From NCBI GenBank assembly GCA_036261885.1, contig DATAJY010000015.1:274877-338876 (forward strand): a stretch of 64,000 nt of DNA. The letters are read 5' to 3'. The DNA is from Thermoanaerobaculia bacterium (GTDB lineage Bacteria > Acidobacteriota > Thermoanaerobaculia > Gp7-AA8). The notes beneath the pieces were generated by a model, which was given only the letters and a program-made list of their open reading frames with translations, was not told the DNA's origin and made no database searches. Positions 54,829 to 62,528 of the stretch are shown one piece after another; positions within the stretch are counted from its first letter, which is position 1; the number at the start of each line of letters is the position of its first letter. Made by a program: the position numbers and the translations under genes.

Positions 54829-57588
54829 ATGATGCTGAACTGGACCAGCGTACTGCTGCTCGTGGGACCGGTGGTCCTGCTGCTGATGACGCTTCGCCAC
54901 AACGACGCGCGCCGCCCGGCCGCGTTCCCCGGCCTGCTCTTCGTCTACGTGCTCTGCGCCGCGACGCCGCTCGTCTTCGCGTTGCTGTGGCGGCTCGATG
55001 CCACGCGCGCGTCGATCGAGCTGCATGGCATCGCCTTTCGTACGAGCGGCGCGAACGCGGTGCAGAAGGAGATTCGCGAGCGGCGTGCGAACAGCGGCCG
55101 CATCGTCATCGGCGATCCGGTCTCGCGCCGGACGCGCGCGCAGCAGCGCACCTTCGGCACACTGCACTTCACACCGGCGAAGGCGAGTGCCAGCGGCGCG
55201 CTGCGCATCGATCTCCCGCCGCGCGAACGCCGCTCCGGCCTGATCTCGACGAACGCGACCGGAATCCTCGGCGCGGAGTTGCTGCAGGACGGCGACTCGA
55301 TCTGCATCGGCGGCAGCTGCTGGACGTACGACCAGGGCGATCGCTCGTTCACGCACGCGAAAAACACGATCGCGATTCCGGCCCGTCAGGCCGAACTGCC
55401 GGGACTGGACTGGAGCTTCACGCTTCCGTTCGCGAAACCGATCTCCGCCGGACTGCGCACCTGGTCGGTCGATTTTCTGGCGCGGCAGAGCGGCGCGATC
55501 GCACCGGAGCGCCGGCTGCGCTCGTTCATCGCCCATTCGAATCCTGGTGCCGCGCTGCGTCTCGTCGCACTCGACGAAGACGTGAACCTCGTGCGCAACG
55601 GGGCCCGCGTGCAGACGCCGGTCCGCTTCGACGTCGAGGACGGCGCACGCGTCGCCTTCTACTCCTTGCCGGGCGAGTCGGCGCAGTTCGCCGCCCCCGG
55701 CATCGCCGAGCGTCGCAGCATGATCTATCGCGCCGGCGAGCGCAGCTTCGTGCTCGATCTCGACACGCCCGAGATTCACACGCTGACGATCGACGAACTG
55801 CAGGCGCTCGAGCTGGCGCAGGAGAAAGGGGCAACGCGCAAGAAAATCGCGCTGGCGATGGGCGATGCGGAGCTCGTCGATCGCAGTCTCTATTTCAACG
55901 GTCTCAGCGAATCGGTGGCTGTTGAATCGAATGCGCTGCTCGAGCTCTCGCGTTTCTTCCCGCGCGATTTCGCATCCGCCTTCCGCATCATTTCGCCGCG
56001 CGGACCGGTCGACGCGCAACTCGGCCGCGTGCAGTGGATCGGCACGTCCGATCTCGCGGCCGTGCGGCTCGATGTGCTCCGTCCGCCGCTGCTCCTGCTC
56101 GCGCTCGGAATCGTGCTGCTGCTTTTCAAAGCGGGCGCGGCGTCGGCGATCGGATTGACGGCGACGCAGGCGCTGATGGCCGGCGCAATCGAGTTGCTCT
56201 GCGGCATTCGCCTGCTGATGGGCTGGCGGGTCTGGGCCATGCCGCCGCACAAACTCGAGGCGGCCGAGCTGGCCATGGTGGCGTGGATGGCGCTGCCGTG
56301 GATCTTTCTTGCGGCGATGATCCCGCTGCGCTCGTTGCGCGACTGGCGTGACGCGCGCGTCTCCGCCGCACCGGCGCTGGCGGGGCTCGTCTTCTCCGCG
56401 GTCTTCTGCGCGCGCAGCGTCGCCGGCCCGACGAAATGGGTGTGGGTGCTCTGTCATCTGCTGCCGCTGCTGGCCGTGCTGCTGCGCACCGACGAAGCGC
56501 GCGGGCGATTCGCGAAGCTCGCCGCGCGCGTGAGAACGTGGACCGCGCGCTCGAAACGTTTCGATCCGGAGTTGCTGCCGATCGTCATCGCGGCCGTGCT
56601 CTTCACGCTCGTCCGTCTGATCCTCCTCGCGTTCGGCTGGAAGGAGTCGGCGAGCCTCGGCGTGCGCGTCTCGCTCAGCGTGCTGCACCTCCCCGCGGCC
56701 GTGATCCTGCAGGGCATTTTTCTCTGGCGCACGTGGCAGCGCGTCCTGAAGAACGGCCGATTGCTGAAGGCCGATCTCATCACCGCCGCGGTGATTCTCG
56801 TTTTCGTGTGGGGCTTGCCGGCGGCGATCACCAGCGACGTCGGTCTGGCACTGCTCAACGCGCCGCTGTTCGTGTTGATGCTGCTCGCGATCAGCCGTCA
56901 CGCCGACGAGCGCGCCGGCCGCTGGATTCCACGCCTGCTCGTGGCGATGGTCGTGCTGCTGCTGGCCGGCGGCCCGCTCGCGCGACTGATCCTGCCGCTG
57001 TTCGCCAGCGATGAACTGCTGCTCTCCGCGGCGTCCGATTCCAACTTCGCGCGCGTGCTGCACTTCGCCGCGCCCGAACGCCTGCAGGAGCTGGCGACGA
57101 AACGCGGCGAGTCGCTGGCCATCACCTCCGCGATTCTGCAGAGCTACATCAGCTCCGGCTTCTTCGGCCGCGGCTACGGCCGCTCGGAGGTCAGTCCGCA
57201 TCTCGGCGATACCGCGTTGCGCGACTTCGCCCCCGCGGTCTTCATCGCCGCGGAGTGGGGATTCGCCGGCACCGTCGCCGCGCTGCTCATCTATCTGCTG
57301 TTCGGCATCATCGCCAGCGAGTGGCTGCCGTGGAGCGCCTCGCGTGTCGACGGGCATCCCGGCCCGGCCATCGCGTTCGTCGCCGCGGCCACGATCGCGG
57401 TCTCGAGCATCTACATGATCCTCGCGAACCACGAGCTGCTGCTGCTCACCGGCAAGAATGCGTACCTCTTCGGACTCGATTCGGCCGGCGACGTGATCGA
57501 GATGATCGTGCTGATTCTGCTCATCGCCTGCGGCTCGAGCGTCGTGCGCGAGGAGTCGCAGGCACTCACGTACGGAGACTACGCATGA
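54829..57588 (+). CDS. SEDS (RodA/FtsW)-like polytopic membrane protein with ~450-aa N-terminal extension (possible FHA-like segment)
   Basis: 919 aa. ATG 54829 (MMLNWTSVLLLVGPVVLLLMTL). More than 10 TM helices in the C-terminal half. SEDS signature RDFAPAVFIAAEWGFAGTVAALLIYLLFGII (compare RodA TDFIFAVLAEELGLVG...). N-terminal extension has ...LISTNATGILGAELLQDGDSICIGGSCWTY (FHA-like pattern). Confidence 0.75.
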   Translation: MMLNWTSVLLLVGPVVLLLMTLRHNDARRPAAFPGLLFVYVLCAATPLVFALLWRLDATRASIELHGIAFRTSGANAVQKEIRERRANSGRIVIGDPVSRRTRAQQRTFGTLHFTPAKASASGALRIDLPPRERRSGLISTNATGILGAELLQDGDSICIGGSCWTYDQGDRSFTHAKNTIAIPARQAELPGLDWSFTLPFAKPISAGLRTWSVDFLARQSGAIAPERRLRSFIAHSNPGAALRLVALDEDVNLVRNGARVQTPVRFDVEDGARVAFYSLPGESAQFAAPGIAERRSMIYRAGERSFVLDLDTPEIHTLTIDELQALELAQEKGATRKKIALAMGDAELVDRSLYFNGLSESVAVESNALLELSRFFPRDFASAFRIISPRGPVDAQLGRVQWIGTSDLAAVRLDVLRPPLLLLALGIVLLLFKAGAASAIGLTATQALMAGAIELLCGIRLLMGWRVWAMPPHKLEAAELAMVAWMALPWIFLAAMIPLRSLRDWRDARVSAAPALAGLVFSAVFCARSVAGPTKWVWVLCHLLPLLAVLLRTDEARGRFAKLAARVRTWTARSKRFDPELLPIVIAAVLFTLVRLILLAFGWKESASLGVRVSLSVLHLPAAVILQGIFLWRTWQRVLKNGRLLKADLITAAVILVFVWGLPAAITSDVGLALLNAPLFVLMLLAISRHADERAGRWIPRLLVAMVVLLLAGGPLARLILPLFASDELLLSAASDSNFARVLHFAAPERLQELATKRGESLAITSAILQSYISSGFFGRGYGRSEVSPHLGDTALRDFAPAVFIAAEWGFAGTVAALLIYLLFGIIASEWLPWSASRVDGHPGPAIAFVAAATIAVSSIYMILANHELLLLTGKNAYLFGLDSAGDVIEMIVLILLIACGSSVVREESQALTYGDYA

Positions 57589-60503
57589 CGCCGCGCGGAA
57601 AAATGCTGCTGACCATCTTCGGCATCGCCGTCGTCGCCCTGCTGTGGTGGCGCCAGCGTAACGAGCCGTTGTCGTACTACTCGTCGCGCAGCTACGTGCA
57701 GCGGACGAACGATCTCATTCGCCGCGGCGCGCTCCGTTTCGATTGCGCGGCCGATGAGATCCGGATGACCGATCGTGCGAACGATGCGGAACGGGCGTGG
57801 TTCGCGGCCAGCTATCTGCAGAACGACGTCGAGCTGTTCAATCGCAATCGCGAGTTGTTCGGACACTTCTTCGTCGTCTCCGACTGCGAGCTGCGCGAGA
57901 TCAATCCATTCCTGCGCACCATCCGGCTGCCGTTCGCGAAGTCGACCGAATGGCTCGGCAACATCGAGTACACCGGCCCCGGCTCCGATGCGGCACTGAT
58001 CTCGGCGAACGGCCGCACGCTGGCCATCGAACGGAATGCGGCGGCGGATGGGCTGGCCGGGATCCGTGAGGATGTGCGCACCCGCGTCGGCGATTCCGAG
58101 AGTCTCAGCGGCAGCGTGTTGCACATCGATTTCGCCGGACGCGGGCAGACGCCGGGCGTCGAAGTGCACAACGTCGAAGGGACGGCCATCGTCGAACAAC
58201 GCGTGAAGCGCGGCCAGGCCGCGGAGGTCCGTCTCCTCGGCAACGCCATGAACGAAGGACGGATCACGAAGCTCGAAACCGGAGACTGGCTGCATCTCTC
58301 CGCCGAGTCGCCGGTGCCGCGTTCCGAAACGTTTCTCTACAGCGCCGAACGCCGTTACGAACGCCTGAGCACCGTCCGCACGCGCAACGCGCGGCGCGAG
58401 CGCGTCTTCACCGAAGACGATCCGCTGCTGCAGTGGGTCGGCGGCGATGAAGGGGAGGAGATGCTCACGTTCGGCGAGGCGCTCGCGCGCAGCGTCACGA
58501 ACGCACTGCAGCAGATCGATCCGATGCGCGCCGACGAATTGCGCGAAGGCTTCGACGTGCAGCTCAGCATCGATCGTCCGCTGCAGTCGAAGCTCGACGC
58601 GACGCTGGCCAGTCACGCGAACCGGCTCGTGAACGACGTTGCCGCGGGCGATCCGTTCGCCGCCTCGGTGACGATCATGAACGGCAGGACCGGCGAAGTG
58701 CTCGCGGCCGCGAGCTTTCCCGGCGAAGCCGATCTCGAGGCGATGACCGGCGTTTCGGAGGACGAGCGCCGGCGGCTGCTCGTCAATCACAACTTCAAAC
58801 GGCATCCGATCGGCTCGGCCGGCAAGCCCTTCTTTTACGCCGCGGCCGCGACGCGTCATCCGTTCCTGCTCGACCTCACGGTCGCGCCGCACCTGCCGGT
58901 CGAGCGTCCCGATGGCGGCGAAGGGGAACGCGAGGTGCTGCAGTTCTTCCTCGGCCGCGACTACAAGCTCTGGCCGCACGCCGATGCACCGATCGACATG
59001 CAGTCGGCCATCGAGCGCTCGTGCAACAAATTCACGGTGGAACTGGCGACGCTCGCGCTCGCCGCGCCGCGCGATCTGACGGAACGCACGCTCACGCGTC
59101 CACTCGCTCAGGTCTTCGCGCGACAGGCGAACGTGGTCTGGCCGAAGCCGGGCGTTGTCTTCGATGGTCCGCGCATCAACGGGCAGCCGGTCGATTTTCC
59201 GATCGACCTCGGCGTCTACATGAAGGACGACGGACAGCCGGTCGGCCCGCGCGAAGAGACCACCGCGGTGGTCACGCCGGGCACGCTCGATCGCATCGAC
59301 GAGGCGCCGTTCATCGAAGCATTCGGCGATCTCACCGGCGTGCGGACGTACGCCGGTCTCGACGCGCCGAACGTGCCGAAGGAAGGGAACGAAGGGCTCA
59401 CGCGCACGGCTCTTCACTACGACCTCCGCCCCTGGTCGAAGCTGCTGACCATGCTGATGCAGGGAGAGGATGAAGAGCACGCGTGGAAAGTGCGCGCCGC
59501 GCTGCAATCCGTTTCGCCGGAACGGGTGAACCTCTCGCTCAATCAGGTCACCGAGTTCCGCACGGAGCTCGTCTCGCTGCTCCTCGGCGGCTCGACGTCG
59601 CAATGGACGAACGTGCAGCTCGCCGAAGCGTTGTCGCGACTCGTCACCGGCCGGCAGATCGAAGCGTCGATGGTCCACACGGTGCGTCCGCGCAAAGGAG
59701 CGGTCGAAGAGCCGATCGCCGTGGCGCCGCCGCTGTCGCCACAGACGATCTCTCCGGAAGCGCGGACCACCGTCTTGCGCGGCATGAGACGCGTGATCCT
59801 CGGCGCGCACGGCACGGCCTTGCCGATGGCCGCGCGCGTGCACGAGCTCGAACGGCAATTTCCCGGATACAACGTGGCGGTCTTTTCGAAGACCGGCTCG
59901 CCGACCGTGCAGCGTCCGGAGAGCAAGCCGACCGGCGAGATCCTGCGGCAGCTCGTGCGCCGCGGCTATCTCTTCTATGACGGGAAGCAGCTCGTGGTGT
60001 CGACCGATCGGCAGAAGGCGGCCGTGCCATACGCCGCGCGCGGCACGAAGGGTCGGGCCGCGTTTCTCGACGCGCTCACGCGCGCCTCGCGCATCGCCGC
60101 ACGTCAGCTGGGCCGCAGCGCCGGTCCGCGCACCATTCCGCGCATCGCCTCGTACGCCGATCGCTTCTCGCGCTATCGCAGCCGGCTGGTGTTCGTTTCG
60201 CCGGCCGCGGTGCGGCTCGATGAGGCAGCCTCGTCGCCGATCCACGTCGTGGCCGGCTCGCTGGTGCTCAATCGCGATCACTCGATTTTCGACAAGACGC
60301 AGCAGGCCGATTCGAGTGCCGCGTACGTGATGTCGATCGTGAAGTGGCGCGGCAGCGGCGAGATCCCGACGCCCGAGGAGCTGGATCAGCCCGATGCGCG
60401 CGTCGTGACGGCGGTTTTCTATCTCGACATCGGACCAGGGAGCGCGGTGGCGGTGGAGCTCGCACGGACGATCGTGCCGGAGCTCGTGCCGCTTCTGCAA
60501 TGA
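57585..60503 (+). CDS. Class-B penicillin-binding-protein-like transpeptidase (972 aa, membrane-anchored, with long insertions)
   Basis: ATGA overlap with the SEDS-like gene. TM MLLTIFGIAVVALLWW. SxxK IGSAGKPFF. SxN ERSCNKF. KTG VAVFSKTGSPT. VTIMNGRTGEVLAAASFP is typical of the bPBP pedestal/TP junction. Confidence 0.8.
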   Translation: MTPRGKMLLTIFGIAVVALLWWRQRNEPLSYYSSRSYVQRTNDLIRRGALRFDCAADEIRMTDRANDAERAWFAASYLQNDVELFNRNRELFGHFFVVSDCELREINPFLRTIRLPFAKSTEWLGNIEYTGPGSDAALISANGRTLAIERNAAADGLAGIREDVRTRVGDSESLSGSVLHIDFAGRGQTPGVEVHNVEGTAIVEQRVKRGQAAEVRLLGNAMNEGRITKLETGDWLHLSAESPVPRSETFLYSAERRYERLSTVRTRNARRERVFTEDDPLLQWVGGDEGEEMLTFGEALARSVTNALQQIDPMRADELREGFDVQLSIDRPLQSKLDATLASHANRLVNDVAAGDPFAASVTIMNGRTGEVLAAASFPGEADLEAMTGVSEDERRRLLVNHNFKRHPIGSAGKPFFYAAAATRHPFLLDLTVAPHLPVERPDGGEGEREVLQFFLGRDYKLWPHADAPIDMQSAIERSCNKFTVELATLALAAPRDLTERTLTRPLAQVFARQANVVWPKPGVVFDGPRINGQPVDFPIDLGVYMKDDGQPVGPREETTAVVTPGTLDRIDEAPFIEAFGDLTGVRTYAGLDAPNVPKEGNEGLTRTALHYDLRPWSKLLTMLMQGEDEEHAWKVRAALQSVSPERVNLSLNQVTEFRTELVSLLLGGSTSQWTNVQLAEALSRLVTGRQIEASMVHTVRPRKGAVEEPIAVAPPLSPQTISPEARTTVLRGMRRVILGAHGTALPMAARVHELERQFPGYNVAVFSKTGSPTVQRPESKPTGEILRQLVRRGYLFYDGKQLVVSTDRQKAAVPYAARGTKGRAAFLDALTRASRIAARQLGRSAGPRTIPRIASYADRFSRYRSRLVFVSPAAVRLDEAASSPIHVVAGSLVLNRDHSIFDKTQQADSSAAYVMSIVKWRGSGEIPTPEELDQPDARVVTAVFYLDIGPGSAVAVELARTIVPELVPLLQ

Positions 60504-61120
60504 AGAACGGCATCGTCGCGCTGCTTCTCTTCTCGCTGCAACTCGGCGATCTGCGGCGCAGCGTGCCGGTCTCGGAGCGGCCGCTCGCCGAGACGCCGCG
60601 CACGCCGACGCTCGTGGCGATGAAACACTTTCCGCCGCAGACGCGGCCGCGATCGCGTGCGTTCTTCCGCAGCCCCGCGCATGAAGACGCGGCGCTGATC
60701 GCCGTCACCGGCACGCGCCGCAACAACGTTCCGGTCGCCCGCGACTTCCCGCGCCTGTGGCGTCGCGCCGCTCCGTCGCGGCGCATCTACATCGCCTTTG
60801 CGCGCCGCGACCTCGCGGCCGCGCAGAACGTGGAGCGTGCGCTGGCGCGCCGCGGATACCACTGCTTCATTTTTCTGGCCTCCGCGCGCAACAACCCCGC
60901 GTGGGCCGACTCCGTCGAGCTCGGACGCTACTACCGCGAAGCGCGCACGCGCCTCGTGCTCGATTCGCGCAACGCCCGCGCCGCGAACGGCGTGCGCCTG
61001 GAACTGCTCGCGCAGGGGCGCAAGTCCTGCTGCAAACGCTGCTACTTCATGAACGGCATGCTCGCCGGATGCGACGCCATCACCTGCGGGACGCAGTGCG
61101 CGAAAGCCCGCGGGGCCTGA
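60500..61120 (+). CDS. Small secreted/anchored protein with TIR-like core and Cys-rich C-terminus (speculative domain call)
   Basis: ATGA overlap with the PBP-like stop. Hydrophobic N-terminus IVALLLFSLQL. RRIYIAFARRDLAAAQNVERALARRGYHCFIF resembles a TIR beta-A/alpha-A start. C-terminal CCKRCYFMNGMLAGCDAITCGTQC. Confidence 0.5.
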   Translation: MKNGIVALLLFSLQLGDLRRSVPVSERPLAETPRTPTLVAMKHFPPQTRPRSRAFFRSPAHEDAALIAVTGTRRNNVPVARDFPRLWRRAAPSRRIYIAFARRDLAAAQNVERALARRGYHCFIFLASARNNPAWADSVELGRYYREARTRLVLDSRNARAANGVRLELLAQGRKSCCKRCYFMNGMLAGCDAITCGTQCAKARGA

Positions 61121-61206
61121 GAAGAATCCGAGCGTTGATTGCCCGATCAATCTTGTCCGCGAGTGCATCGCGGTCCTACAGTGCCGCGCGGAGGTCGAGG
61201 AGTTTG

Positions 61207-61644
61207 ATGAGTGAAGAGTTGCACTGGCGGGCGCTCGAACGGATCTATCTGCAGGCGCCGACGAACAAGTATTACCAGCCGGCCATCCGCGTCGGCAGCG
61301 GCGAGAGCGAGATCCGCATCGCCATCCGTCCCGACTTCCATCACGCCGCCCATGCGGTACACGGATCGGTGTACTTCAAGATGCTCGACGACTGCGGCTT
61401 TTTCGCCGCGAACTCGCTGGTGCGCGACGTCTTCGTGCTGACCTCGAGCTACACGATTCATCTGTTGCGGCCGGTGGCCGCAGGCACGCTCCTGGCCCGG
61501 GGGAAAGTTCTCAGCGCGAGCTCCCGGCAATTCGTCGCCGAGTCGCATCTGTACGATGACCGCGAGACCCTGATCGCCCACGGCGTCGGCACGTTCGTCC
61601 GCAGCAGGCTCGATCTGTCGGTGAGCGAGGGATACTCGGGATAG
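61207..61644 (+). CDS. PaaI/hotdog-fold acyl-CoA thioesterase
   Basis: In-frame ATG inside ORF 60757..61644. HGSVYFKMLDDCGFFAANS and TSSYTIHLLRP are hotdog thioesterase hallmarks. Confidence 0.75.
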   Translation: MSEELHWRALERIYLQAPTNKYYQPAIRVGSGESEIRIAIRPDFHHAAHAVHGSVYFKMLDDCGFFAANSLVRDVFVLTSSYTIHLLRPVAAGTLLARGKVLSASSRQFVAESHLYDDRETLIAHGVGTFVRSRLDLSVSEGYSG

Positions 61645-61803
61645 CGGCGCGCCACCTTTGCGCGGCGAGCGTGTCTTCCGAACTGCGCCGCGGCGATCCG
61701 CAGGGAAGATGCTGCGCATCCGCAGAGAGAAAGACACCGAAGAAGAATCGGCTTCGCCGGTCGTGCCTCAGGCGAAAGAGACGAAGGGTGACGACGTGAT
61801 CCC

Positions 61804-62355
61804 CTAACGCCACTTCGTCGCGATCCGTTCCTTCTCGATCGCGACGTGCAGCCACTCTTCGATCGCCGCTTCGGCGCAGTCGCAGCCGGAGTCGGGGAGC
61901 CATTCCTGCACCAGCCGCACGTCGAAGCCGTTGCGCGCGTCGATGCCGTTGCGCACGACGAGCACGTCGCCGTCGCCTTTGATCTCGCCGAGGTCTTCGC
62001 GGACGTCGAGCACGCGTCGTTCGGCCAGATCGACGAGCACGGCATCGAGTCGTGAGAATTGCGGTCGCGCGTTGCGGGAGAAGAGCAACACGACGCGATC
62101 GTGTCCGGCGTCGAGCGCGGTGATCTCCGTGCAGAGGTTCTTCACGTTGAGGAGCGGATGGCTCGGCGTGTAGAGCGCGGGAGGGAGCGGCAGCGGCAGA
62201 CTCTGTTCTCCGAAGAGAAGCGACAACGCCATGTCGTCTTCCATCGCGTCGCCGCTCTTCGACTGCGCCACGAAGTCGAAGCCGTGGCAGCGGTCACGGA
62301 ACTCGGCGGCGGGAGCGGCAGCGGCGAGCCTCGCGAACAGGACGAGAGCGAGCAT
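61804..62355 (-). CDS. Hypothetical secreted protein
   Basis: ORF 61804..62424. Probable start at [19 protein letters not shown] (signal peptide). Protein-like composition. No motif recognised. Confidence 0.45.
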   Translation of the reverse strand: MLALVLFARLAAAAPAAEFRDRCHGFDFVAQSKSGDAMEDDMALSLLFGEQSLPLPLPPALYTPSHPLLNVKNLCTEITALDAGHDRVVLLFSRNARPQFSRLDAVLVDLAERRVLDVREDLGEIKGDGDVLVVRNGIDARNGFDVRLVQEWLPDSGCDCAEAAIEEWLHVAIEKERIATKWR

Positions 62356-62528
62356 GCCCGAGTATCGCAGAGGCGGTCCGATCAGCCTCAACCATTCCCG
62401 GCAAGACGATTGCATCGCGCCCACCTCCAGACAGATCTGCCCGCGCGCTTTGGCGGCCCGGGCCGTCCGCCTGCTTTCATCGCATCACAACAAGCGAATC
62501 GAACTCCCAGAGAGGGGAAACCGCGGTT

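Noticed and set aside
49122-60500. Minus-strand ORFs 49122..51659 (845 aa), 54133..57432 (1099 aa), 57579..60500 (973 aa)
   Set aside because: Antisense shadows of the GTPase/SEDS/PBP operon genes. Extreme Arg/Asp/Gly content and no recognisable domains. The plus-strand products carry the SEDS and PBP motifs.
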